Shown here in pieces: positions 51,301 to 62,988 of a stretch of 64,000 nt of DNA. The DNA comes from Guillardia theta CCMP2712. Its lineage: Eukaryota > Protista > Cryptophyta. Made by a program: the position numbers and the translations under genes. The notes under the pieces were generated by a model. It was not told the origin of the DNA. It saw nothing but the letters and a program-made list of their open reading frames with translations, and ran no database searches. The DNA is taken from the NCBI RefSeq assembly GCF_000315625.1, contig NW_005434536.1, positions 90,383 through 154,382 on the forward strand. Reading direction: 5' to 3'. The first letter of the stretch is position 1. The number at the start of each line of letters is the position of its first letter.

Positions 51301-53642
51301 ACCTGACGACCTGCGTGCCTTGCCCGCTGGATACCTACAAGGGGTTTGTAGGAAATGCGACCTGTCAATCCTGTCCTCAGTTATCCGTCACCGCTGCGGT
51401 AGGGACGAGCTCCGTCATTGGCTGCCTCTGCAATGTCTCCACTTATTCGACCACCGGCTCCGTCCCTTGCTTCTCATGCCCGTCCAACACCTACGCGGAC
51501 GGGTTCGGCACGGTCAACTGCACCTCTTGCCCGCCCTTCACTGTCGGCCCCAACGGGAGCGCATCTGTCGTAAACTGTGTGGCCCAGCCAGGGTACTACA
51601 TGTCCAATGTATCGATAGGGAGACGACTGCTGACGACCAACGGGCAGTACTATATCGTCCAATGCCCGGAGAGCACTTACACGGATGTGGAAGGTCTGTT
51701 TGTGTGCATAAAGTGTCCGAAGCTGATGACCTCGCCACTCGCTTCCAACAGCATCGCAAAGTGCTATTGCCCTGCCGGGTACTACGGGGCAAACGGGGGA
51801 ATATGTGTTCCCTGCGACGCCAACACCTTCACCGACCGCGCGGGGTCGTACAGCTGCCTGCGCTGCCCGTTCAACTATGTCTCAGACATCCTCGGGTCGA
51901 CGAGCATCAACAACTGCACCTGCCCCCCGGGTTACTACGAGAACAATGGCGCCTCGCCCATCATTGTGTATGGACGCCCCTTGAAAACGATATGCAAGGC
52001 TTGTCCGCTGGGTACCTACAAGTCTAACCCAGGATCGGAGACGTGCACCCCCTGCCCTTCGTACAAGTCCACCCGGCAGGCAGGGAGCGTTTCCCTGGCG
52101 AACTGCACCTGCGCGTCGGGGTACTACGACACTGGGAACAGGACGTGTGTCGTGTGCCCACCTTCCACACTTTCGTACCTGAACCTGTATGGATCATGTT
52201 CTCTCTGTCCCACCAATATGATCAAGCTAGTCAATTCCACAACACAACAAGAGTATTGTGCCTGTGACCTCGGCTATGAGTATGTCAACGGGAAATGCAC
52301 CGCCTGCCGACCTGGGTTCTACAAGGAAATATACGGAGAATCTTCCTGCAAGGCCTGTGCCATAGGAGCGACCAGTCTTACCGCGGCGACGTCACCCTCT
52401 CAATGCGTCTGTGAGGGCAACCTGTTCATCAAGGATGGGATCTGCACCGTATGCCCTGGCACGCCTGTCTCTTGTCCTCTGAACCGAACCTCTCTCCCGG
52501 GGGCGGCGACCATCCACCAATGTGTCTGCAAGGCGGGTCTCAAGGACACACCCGATGGGAAGTGCATCCCGTGTGACGGCCAGCTCCATAACTGTCCCTC
52601 TGGTCTGACATCACTCCAGACGGCATCGAAGATCCAGGATTGTTTCTGCAGGGATAACTTCTATACGACGGGTCTTAATGCCGCGAAGGGGATACCGATT
52701 TGCCAGCCTTGCCCCGGAAACACAAAGTCCGTGGCCAACAGTACGTTCTGTGTATGTGCAACGGGGATATTCTACGGAAACCTGAGCACTTGCATCTTCT
52801 GTGGCCCTGGATTCAGCTTCGACAGGGTGACGGAGACCTGTCACGACATCAATGAGTGCCTAAACCTAGCGCTGTGTCCAGCGAACTCCACCTGTATCAA
52901 CACCTACGGATCGTACAAGTGCACGTGCCCCGCCAACTTCTACGACACGCCGCTCGGATGCGCCCCCTGTCCCACTGGCATGATGTCCGCGATAGGGTCT
53001 ACGAACTTCACCGACTGTTACTGCCCTGCTGGATACTCCCCCGACGCTTCGTATCAGACCTGCCAATCCTGCGCTTCCGGGACGTACTACAGCGAGCGTT
53101 ACAAGGCCTGCCTTCGCTGTCCCATAGACTCCACCTCTTCAGCTGATTCAACAACTTGCACCTGCAATAGCGGGTTTGTCGGTTTCTCTACACTCTCTGT
53201 GACATCCGGTTTGATTCAGATCGATGCATCCGTTTGCAGCCTGGCTGTCACTGACACGTCAGGGCTCAGCACCGTATACCCCGGATTCCTTCAGTCGGGA
53301 GCATGCTATCTCCGTTTCCTGCAGCTCACCATCGGTTCCGAGGTCACGGTTGCATGCTCTGGCATTGGAATGCCCCTCTCTATCCATTCGGACTACGCGC
53401 TCTCGATAGCGGCAACCGTCGACGTCAGCGGTCTGGGTTATGCAGGGGGGGCGGTAGGGAAGGCAGGACTTGGCCCTGGCGGTGGAACCGCCGCAAGCAC
53501 CTGCTGGTACGGCGGGTCCGGGGGTAGCAACGGTGGCATAGGTGGGGACGGTTCCTACCCGGCACCATCTGCTCCGGGCTCTGCTGACGTTCTGTCCAAC
53601 TGGCCACTGGACGCGATGGGTAGCGGGGGAGGGGGAGGGGGT
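48380..53642 (+). pseudogene. giant Cys-rich surface protein A, piece 1 (NHL-like propeller, GCC2/GCC3 ephrin-receptor-like repeats, Ca-EGF, first half of Gly-rich domain)
   Basis: 5' end cut by the 166-bp array; frameshifts at ~50600, ~51025 and ~51160; DINEC...CINTYGSYKC EGF; ends MGSGGGGGG. Confidence 0.8.
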
Positions 53643-53825
53643 CGGGAGCTGTATACCCTGTGTGAACGGGACGTACTCTTCCGTTCTGGGTGCGGGTGAC
53701 CCACTCGTGTGCCGGGTCTGCAGGGCCCACTCCACCAACCTGCACTCGGGTGAGTCTAGCGCGGCCAGCTGCGTGTGCCTCCCAGGCTTCGAACCCGATG
53801 CCTCCGGGAGCTGCCAATGCCGATC
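53638..53825 (+). pseudogene. protein A, piece 3 (displaced ~61-codon Cys module)
   Basis: GVGSCIPCVNGTYSS...CVCLPGFEPDASGSCQCR, out of frame with piece 1. Confidence 0.75.
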
Positions 53826-55707
53826 CCGTGTTGTACGTGCCGGCGAGGCAGTTGCGGATGCACAGCGATGAGCTGACGGCACCAGGATCACGCGTGGTGA
53901 AGCCTGAGACGCAGCTCGTGCAGGAGGTGACTATACCGTACGAATATGAACCCACCGCGCAGGGCACGCAAGACCCCTGCGCGTTGACGTAGCTCCCCGC
54001 CGGACAGGGATAGCAAGTCAACTCCACCCCAGGGCGGTAGTACCCGCTGTCGCAATTGCACCCGGTCTGATAGGAGTTGATGTGCGAGTGGGCAGGGCAG
54101 GACTTGCAGGCACTGGAAGAGACACTCCCAGTTACAGTGGTGTACTGTGTGGAGGGGCACTTAGTGCACGATGTAGAATTACCCATGGCGGTCTTGTAGC
54201 TACTGATCGGGCAGGCCTGGCACGTCCCCACGGTGGTGTCCAGCAGGTAGCCCGGGTCGCACGCGCAGTCCGTGGACACGCTTCCTGCATCCTTCGTGCT
54301 CATGCGCTTCGGGCAGTACAAGCACTTGGCAGAACCGTATTGGTCCGTGTACTGTCCGATGGGGCACTGGACACAGCCCGAATTGCTGTGGTAGTACCCC
54401 TTCTGGCACACACAGCTCTGGATGCCGTTCTTGTAGTAGTTGCCTGCTGCGTTTGGGACAGGGTTCATACTGGATGTATGGACAGGGCATTTTTTGCAAA
54501 CTCCTGGGCTGGTACTGTTGCATTGGTCAAGGTACTCCAAGCTATTGCAGTGGATCATGCCGTAGTCTTGGCAGCTAGAGCAGTTTCCCGCGCTCGCACC
54601 GCCACACCCGCTCCTGTACGTCCCCACAGAACACGACGCGCAGGGGAGGCACTCAGATTGCACCGAGTTCTGGCATGATATGTAATAGTGCCCCGCCGCG
54701 CAGGCACAAGGCTTGCAGCTTCCCTTAGAACTCGACGTCACCGTGATGGTGTACGATTGCAAGACATACAAGTAGTTTAGGTACAGCGTGACCAGGTAGT
54801 CGACACCGCATCCCACCGCCTTGTAGCCCGCATTGCAGTAGTCGCACGACTGGCACGCATGGTTTTCGATGTACTCGAATTCGTTGTTACAGATAAGAGT
54901 CTGACAGGAAACGTCGTGGCCAGTGTCGCAAGTCCCCACAATTTTCTCGTACTGCCCGCATTGGGTGCAGGGTACGCAGTATTGCCAGTTTGTCCCGTAC
55001 GCTGTGTAGCCTGCGTTGCATTTGCAGTAGAGATTCAAGCAAAAGTAACTCATGGCGCCGTCAGTGTCAAAATACAACACCCTTGAGTTCCCGAAGCAGT
55101 AGTAGATGTAGGGGTTGTTGCCCCCCCCGTATGTGAAGGGCTGTATGCTGTTCGGTATGAAGTTGACGCACGCTGGTATATAGTTCCAGGGTATGGGTAT
55201 ATTCGCCGTATAAGGGCTTTGCAGCATTTCTATCGCGGTTCTTGTGTAGTAGGGGCATATCGTGGGCGATGTCGTCAGCATCAGGGTGTCAGTGGCAGAA
55301 TCTAGGCTGTAGCGGTAGCAGCTGTATATGTTGAGGCAAAAACTCCAATCGCTGCTCGTCTGCGTGCCCAGCGGGCAGTCTGTACAAGTGAAGTCGTTGA
55401 ATCCCGAACATGAACCCTTCAGATATTGATTCCCTGAACACGACTGTCTGCACGGAACACATGTGGTGCCAGATACATAATAGCCAGGGGAACAGACGCG
55501 CACGATGTACCAGAGCTGGTAATAGAAATGCCCCTTCTCGTCGAGGTATTGCCTGTAGCTGAACTGGCTGTTGGGTATGTTGCTGCAGTCGTTGTTGGTG
55601 TACCAAGAGGGCTCGCTGCAGTCGTGGGCGTCGTACCTCTGCAAAATGGCCGCCGGGGTGACCTGATGAATGCTGGTGCTCGAGCTACATGATTGACCAC
55701 CACCCAT
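53822..55707 (-). pseudogene. Cys-rich TNFR/GCC-repeat protein B, 3'-truncated
   Basis: Starts MGGGQS after TATTAAAGAAG; the Cys-repeat register stops at CLAGTYNTGS (GATC 53822-53825). Confidence 0.75.
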
Positions 55708-55807
55708 TGCACCCTCTTCAGCGCAGGACGAATGAAAACTTCTTTAATACACGGTATAACAGGCAAGACAGAGGTAAATGACCCTTTATTTTTACTGATA
55801 CCTACGC

Positions 55808-57362
55808 TCATACTGCAAAGGCACTGCACTGGGTCGCGGAAGTAGAGGCGTCGGGGGAGTAGGGTGTGGGACCTGGACAAGGGACCGGGTTGATGGCGTT
55901 GGAACACACCACGCACCCGTCCGAAATCGCAACATAGAGGGTGGGACAGCTGCAGGTGTCCGTCGCGTTGGTGGCGTTCTGGGGTGCCAGGGTTGTGGTG
56001 ACGACAGAGGCGTTGGGGCCAGACAGTGCAAGTGCCGCCGCCGTCGCGTTGTAGCCGTCCGCGCAGGGGAAGCAGCTGGCGGCCGAAACCGCGTAGGGGC
56101 TCGACAGCGGACGGTCTGCGGGGCAAGCGACCGGCACCACCGCCTGCTGGCACACCACGCAGGAGTCCGAGGCGGACACGTACCCTGAAGGGCAGCTGCA
56201 GTCGGACAGGAATTGCGACCCCGGCGGGCTGTAGGCCTTGTCGCTCGGGCAGGGTTGGCACGGCGTATCGAAGCTGCTTGTCCCGTAGTACCCGGATCGG
56301 CATCCACACCCTGTGACGTCCTTGGTGCCTGGTGGGCTGTACGGACGGATGGCAGGGCAGGAGGTGCAGTAGATCGTACCGTTCCCTGTGCTGTACGTCC
56401 CTGTAGGGCACACCGTGCAGTTGGGATAGTTGTAACCACCCGTGCCAGGAGGGCAGACACATATGTCGCCATGCTTCAAGCATCCGCACTGGTAGATAGA
56501 GACGCTCCCGACCGGGGAGACCGGCACGAGTATGGGGCAGGCCTCACATGCAAGCTGACCCGTCCTGTTGTTGTAGGTTCCTGCGTGGCACAGCGTGCAA
56601 TCCCCGTGCCCCACCCCGTAGTAACCCGCCGGGCATACGATGAAGTTCTGAAGGTAGCCGTTCCGGCAGGTGCAGTTGCTGCTAGAAGTCGAACTCTCGG
56701 GTGAATAGGAGTTGTTAGAGCAGGGAAGGATGCTGGCGCCTCCCGCGCAGTAGTGGTTGGGGGGGCATATGAGGCAGTTCCCGCCCGCGCCGTGAAATCC
56801 GGCAAGGCAGACACAGCTTGAAATGTTGGGTGCACCGACCTTGGAATACGAACCAAAGGGACACTGAAGGGCGTTCAACCCGCCTAGGCAGTAGTGGTTC
56901 TTCGGGCACAGACTGCAGGACGAATTTCCGCTACCGTAGTAACCGGGATTACAGACGCAATCTCTGGCGTATACTCTCCCTGTAAGGCCAAGGGTAGTGG
57001 TGTGGTTGATGCATGGAAAGCAGGGTCCGATAGATCCATACACTGGGAGATAAGTATCAATCGGACAAAGGTCACAGGGCTTTCCAGGCGCGGAGCTGTC
57101 ATGCTTGTACGAACCGGGAGTGCAAGGGTTGCAGAGCGTTTTTGACACCCTGTAATGCCCCGACTCACATATGCAGTGGCTTGCATTCGATGTCCGGGAT
57201 TGCAGTGTGTAGGAGTAAGCCGGGCAGGGCGTGCATGCCCATGTCTGCGCTTGTACTTCCGTGTAGGTATCGATGGGACACTCCTGGCATGCCCCTGACG
57301 CGTTGTAGAAAGTCCCCTTCGGGCAGGGGATGCAGTACCCCAGGATGTCGCTGTAGCTACCC
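55808..57362 (-). pseudogene. protein A, piece 4 (C-terminal Cys-rich repeats)
   Basis: GSYSDILGYCIPC... to stop at 55808, followed by AATAAA. Confidence 0.8.
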
Positions 57363-59337
57363 CGGTTGTAGTCTTGTATGTTCCAGCCGGACAGGGAGTA
57401 CAGGCCAATCCGTCCTGGGCAGCAATGTAGCCGGCAAGGCATGTACATGCAGAGATGATCGATGACCCGGGGGGTGAAAACGTGTTGTTGGGACAGAAGG
57501 AGCAGTAAAGAACAGAGGTTGCTGTCGGCATGACCGTGTAGGTGTTGGCTGGGCACTCGGCGCACTGGCCTTGTCCGATGGAGTACTGGCCGGCGCCACA
57601 CTCGAGGCAGCTGTCCTGCACCCTCTGGTATCCACTATCGCAGGCACAGCCAGAGATGACCGGTGTGCCCACACCCGAGGTAGAGTGGGGAGGGCAGGCG
57701 AAGCACTGGCTCTCGTTCGTCGACCCGGTGTAGGGCAAGTAAGTGATCGCTGGGCAAGATGTACAGTTTGCATTGGATATCGTAGGCTTGTACGTGCCAG
57801 CAGGGCAGGGCTCACATGAGCCTCCCACCAAGGTGTAGCCCGGGATGCAGAGACAGGCGGACACTGTAGCGGATCCCGTGGGTGCCCAGGAGTTGGCGGG
57901 GCAGACCGTGCAGGCAGTGGTAGCGCCATGATCAGAATAGTAGCCATCGGGACATATCTGACAAGCCACGTTACCCAAGGATCCCTTGTAGTACCCCACG
58001 GAGCACGGCTCGCATACGCCGGGAGAGTAAGCATCGTATCCAGGGTTACAGAGGCAGCGGCTCTGACTGATGGCTCCCTCTGAAGAGGAGCTGTTCCCCT
58101 GGCAGGGAGTACATTGTACCGATGCAAGGGTGTCCGCATAGGTGTTGATGGGACAGGCAGTGCAGGGTGACCGGGAAGCGTTGACATCCGAGTAGTAACC
58201 TAGGGAGCAAGGGAGGCAACGGGCTGGCGAGGTTGCGGCCTGCACAGGCTGAAAGTACCCTGGTGGGCAGGCCTGGCAGGAACCGCTCCCTACCACCTCT
58301 TTGTAGTATCCCGGACCGCAGGGGTTGCAATCTAAACCTGTATACCCAGGGAGGCAGTAGCAACTGCTGAGCGATACACCCCCGAAGATGGCAGAATCCC
58401 TCCCGGTTGGGCACGCAGTGCAGGCCTCATTCCCCGCAATGTCCTTGTACGTCCCAGGGCTGCAAGGCATGCAATCGCCGTTCGACTCTTGATAATAACC
58501 AGGGTCGCATACACAACCGGAAAGGCTGCTTGTGCCGTTCGAGGTGGTGATCCTCGGTACAGGGCAGTTGACACACGACGTCTGGTTGGAATACGGGTTG
58601 TACTCCCCCACCCCGCACTGCTTGCAGCCAATGGAGGAGCTACCGTAAGTCCCAGGGTTGCAGAAACATTCGTACTGATGTGTGGCTCCTGCCTTGTTCG
58701 TCGTCGAAGCCGGCTTGCAGGCGGTGCAAGACTCATCCCCGCTCGTGTTCTTGAAGGTCCCCACCGGGCATGAATTACACACCCCGCCCACTCTGGTGTA
58801 CCCTTGTGCACACACACAGTCCGATAGAGCCGTGCTTCCCACCGGCGACACAGAGCCAAAAGGGCAGGAAGCACAGTGGTTCACATCGTAGTATGAGTCG
58901 GCGGGACAGGTGCTGCACACCATGGATGGGACATAGGCCGCGTCCAAGTAGTCACCGTAGTATACCGTCCCATACCTCGGCGGATAAGCCACGTAGCCTT
59001 TGCCTGGAATGACGTGCAAGAGGCCAGTGATGTGCTTGATCGAGCCTAGGATAGCGATCCTCCCTCCCGAACCACCGCCTCCGGGCCTATTGGACTTGTC
59101 CGCATTACCCCCATTCGCGGATATCTCCGCTGTGATGATGACTTCCGGGGCGTCAAGGATGATAGAACCTCCGCTCCCACCGCCCCCAACTCTGTACGCC
59201 TGCGGGTTCTGGTACTGTCCGCTGTCCAAGCCATTCGCAATCAATGATGCACTGACGTTGACCTGCTGGTAGGACGAGAGCATTAGAGCTCCACCCCCCG
59301 CCCCTCCTGAGTTCGTCTGACCTAGCTGTAGGTTGCA
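57359..59337 (-). pseudogene. protein A, piece 2 (second half of Gly-rich domain plus Cys repeats)
   Basis: CNLQLGQTNSGGAGGGALML...GGGSGGSI...GGGGSGGRIAI... ending GTYKTTTG. Confidence 0.8.
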
Positions 59338-60347
59338 AATCTCCGGACACTTAGCCTCCTGGCGGGCCTCCAGGGGGTCTGAGGCGGGGCTGAAGGCTGC
59401 AGTCGGTCTACTGACGGGCCCGGCCGGCAGGATCCGTCGAGAAACAGGGGGGTCAAGGGAGGTTTTCTTCCCCCTGGGAGAAATGTCCTATGGGTTTTTG
59501 GATGTGCGATATAAAAAAGTCTTGTCTCGGTCACGTGATGTGTCACGTGACCGGTCAGGTGAGCCTGTCAGCCGGGTCACGGCCCCTGTCAGCCGGCTGA
59601 CATGTCACGGGCCTGCTGACACGGTCCGCTGACCGGTCACGGCCGCCCGGAGAGATCAGGCCCCCGGCCAATCTCCGGACACTTAGCCTCCTGGCGGGCC
59701 TCCAGGGGGTCTGAGGCGGGGCTGAAGGCTGCAGTCGGTCTACTGACGGGCCCGGCCGGCAGGATCCGTCGAGAAACAGGGGGGTCAAGGGAGGTTTTCT
59801 TCCCCCTGGGAGAAATGTCCTATGGGTTTTTGGATCTGCGATATAAAAAAGTCTTGTCTCGGTCACGTGATGTGTCACGTGACCGGTCAGGTGAGCCTGT
59901 CAGCCGGGTCACGGCCCCTGTCAGCCGGCTGACATGTCACGGGCCTGCTGACACGGTCCGCTGACCGGTCACGGCCGCCCGGAGAGATCAGGCCCCCGGC
60001 CAATCTCCGGACACTTAGCCTCCTGGCGGGCCTCCAGGGGGTCTGAGGCGGGGCTGAAGGCTGCAGTCGGTCTACTGACGGGCCCGGCCGGCAGGATCCG
60101 TCGAGAAACAGGGGGGTCAAGGGAGGTTTTCTTCCCCCTGGGAGAAATGTCCTATGGGTTTTTGGATGTGCGATATAAAAAAGTCTTGTCTCGGTCACGT
60201 GATGTGTCACGTGACCGGTCAGGTGAGCCTGTCAGCCGGGTCACGGCCCCTGTCAGCCGGCTGACATGTCACGGGCCTGCTGACACGGTCCGCTGACCGG
60301 TCACGGCCGCCCGGAGAGATCAGGCCCCCGGCCAATCTCCGGACACT
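59338..60347 (+). repeat. 332-bp tandem repeat, ~3 copies
   Basis: Same unit and orientation as 46067-47488. Confidence 0.97.
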
Positions 60348-62988
60348 CATAGCGTTGACATTTTGCTTTTTCTGCTTTGGGCTGTATGTTTTCCCGTGAG
60401 GGGGTTGTTCTGCTTTCTATGTGGATTGGGGGGTGGCGTGTTTGAGGATTTCAAACAGGGTCCAAATTTCAGGTTTATAACTCTGATGTTGTTTTCCAAA
60501 AAGATATTTTAAACTGTATTGTGGAATGGTTGAGTATAAACAGAGAAGTAGGGCTGCACCCCAGAAGTTGCAGTGAGATCATGGGGTAGTCTACTAACTA
60601 ATTTGTAGAGCCTTCTTATGGTACAATTTTATAAACAGACCTCTCTACACGCCATGAGCCTCCCCTTGTTCGGGGCACGTCGCACCGCTCTGTACTGCCC
60701 TAACCATGGCTCGCAAACAGCGAGCCCGCGGCAGCGTGTGCAGACATCAGATGTTCACCGAACCTCCTCATGGGAAATTTCTGAGGTGTAGAGATGATGA
60801 TCCTTGAGGAGTGCTTCGTACAGTGCGTGGATCTCACGAAAAATCGTTTGGTGAGCGAAGAGCATCAATAATACAAGTGAAAATCACCATCACAGGGATA
60901 CGTTGCAATCGAAACCGGGTTGTGAAATACTCTAAGCTATCTGCGATGCATGACAGGGAAACTGAGTTGGAGTAGATGGATGGAGATTACACACAAGACG
61001 ACAGGGAATCATCATCCGACGGTGACTGGATTGTTCAAAAGCCGTACAGTCACCAGTGAGCTCAAGAACACATGTCTTCACGATGATGGCTGATAGGCTC
61101 GCAAGAAATACAGTGCATTTTAGCAGTGAGCTGCTCGATTGCTTGAAACCACGATGATCCACAGCACTATCGAATGATAACAAGCAAGTCCAGCGGTTCG
61201 TGAAGGATTCTTCATCCGGTTTTCAAGAATGTGTTGGAACGATGAAACATGTTGCAAATCACCAAGGTCTATGCCATTTGATCACACGATGCATCATCTA
61301 AATATTACTGGTGTGAACTTGCATCAGATCGTGTGTCCATCAATGAGCCGCTGCCAAGCAGATGAAACGGTCACAGCAAACACGAGCACTTTGAAGATGC
61401 TGATATTCCAGGCCGTACAGCATTTATGATGTGGCTACATGTCACATGCTTCTTGGTTAACACAGAAATAACTTCGCCAGGCAAAAGATGGAACGTCGTC
61501 ATGATTACAAGGAGGTCGGTTGTGCTTTTACCCAGATTGAAACGCTTGTAATAAAGATATGATCACCTGAATGTGGAATTCTGTTTATTGATTCACAGTG
61601 TTTGTGGTTCGTTTACAATCATCGAGTGCTTGCTCTGTTGAACAAGGCACCCCTCTGTAGAGCCAAATGCGACAAGAACTCTACTGTTGCATGGTAGCAT
61701 TGCGAACTGTCCAAACAAGGCAGGATTGATTTGAAGAACATCTCATTTATTGATATCAGATTCATCTGCACATTGTTTCATTTCTAACTAGGTTTCTGCA
61801 GCGTTGTGGAAATGTCATGACAGAGGAAGAAGGTGCAGTGCAGAAAAATCATCCAACGTCATGAAACATGGAAATGCAATTGTCAATGCACTTGATCATG
61901 GGTATAGTGATTCATGATCAACAACGATGATTCAAAGTCATGTATCCTGGCAGGTAAAGAAATCCTTTGTGCAAACGTCTCTTCATGCATCATTGAACGG
62001 TTGAGCATGTAAAGCTTTCTCTATAGAAAAGTGAGGTGCATGAATCCTGACCGTAAGACTAGAAGAATTGAAAGTGAGTGATGACACGAGAACACATATC
62101 TAGACAGCAAAGTCGCTTAAGGTACAGTTTGATACAAATTTCTCACAAATCATGCATTTGAGCTCAACGTTCAACCTACGGCAATTTGAAAGAAGGGTCA
62201 ATCAGAGTTGATTCTGTTCAATGGTGAATCTATCATTAGTTGCTTAGCTGTTCATGAAAATTTCATCTTGTCTTCGAAGAATATTTTCAAGTACACACGC
62301 GGATTGTTTGTACCTAGGGTGCATATTCCAGTACACGATGGATGATTCAAACCTTGGCCCAACCTGCAGAGTTGAGAAAGAAGCTCGATCATCTCTTACA
62401 GGTATGATATGAGATCTTCATCTCATTCCTATCTCAGTTGGGTTGGATTCGAAGTCTCTCAATATCAAGGTTCATCCTCGCGTGTCAGGAAGGCACCATT
62501 TCATCGCCTCTTGCTCGTCCAGGGAGAGGGGGCTTGGGGAATGAGAAATGGGGGCTACCCCCCACCCCCTATTACAGAGTTTCAAACTGGTTCAAAGGTG
62601 GGTAGTTGAGGGTGCTCCATACCCACCCCACCCCCCAACGAAAGTCAAACGGAGGGGTTCTCGGAAGTCGAAGTTCCGACCAGTTTGGCCCTCGTTTTGT
62701 ACCATATAAACGCTGCAATATTAAGTTGGTACCACAGATACTTCTAAAATTCGTACTTTTACTTTGGTTTGGCGTGGTGAGGTGTCCAAGCAACCAAATT
62801 CAAATCACCCTACCCCTCTTTGGCCCTGCGCAGCAACGATTTTCTTAAGTGCGAGTACCCTCCTACACGCCTTCTCAAAGTAGGGTACTCTCACATGGCA
62901 TGAAATGAAGGGACCCCACAGGCCCTTCGAAAAAAAAAAATCTTGCCAATTTTTCCTATGAGCGCCCGGCCGGAAAAGCAACGCTATG
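60348..62988. mobile_element. non-autonomous TIR element (2641 bp) inserted in the 332-bp array
   Basis: Termini CATAGCGTTG...CAACGCTATG form a 10-bp perfect IR. The flanks GGACACT|TAGCCTCC rejoin into an intact unit. No long ORF. Confidence 0.8.

Noticed and set aside
53425-53825. Joining gene B (CLAGTYNTGS) to piece 3 via a TCGG overlap, and the tail of ORF 53425..55707
   Set aside because: That join is off by one base, whereas piece 3 fits in frame at both ends at 57360. The ORF tail is just antisense of gene A.
53630-57370. Trans-splicing as the way the scrambled pieces are joined
   Set aside because: The junctions contain GT, but no acceptor AG or polypyrimidine tract precedes pieces 2 or 4.
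60348-62988. Transposase gene inside the TIR element
   Set aside because: No ORF over ~110 aa and no recognisable DDE, HUH or tyrosine-recombinase motif.
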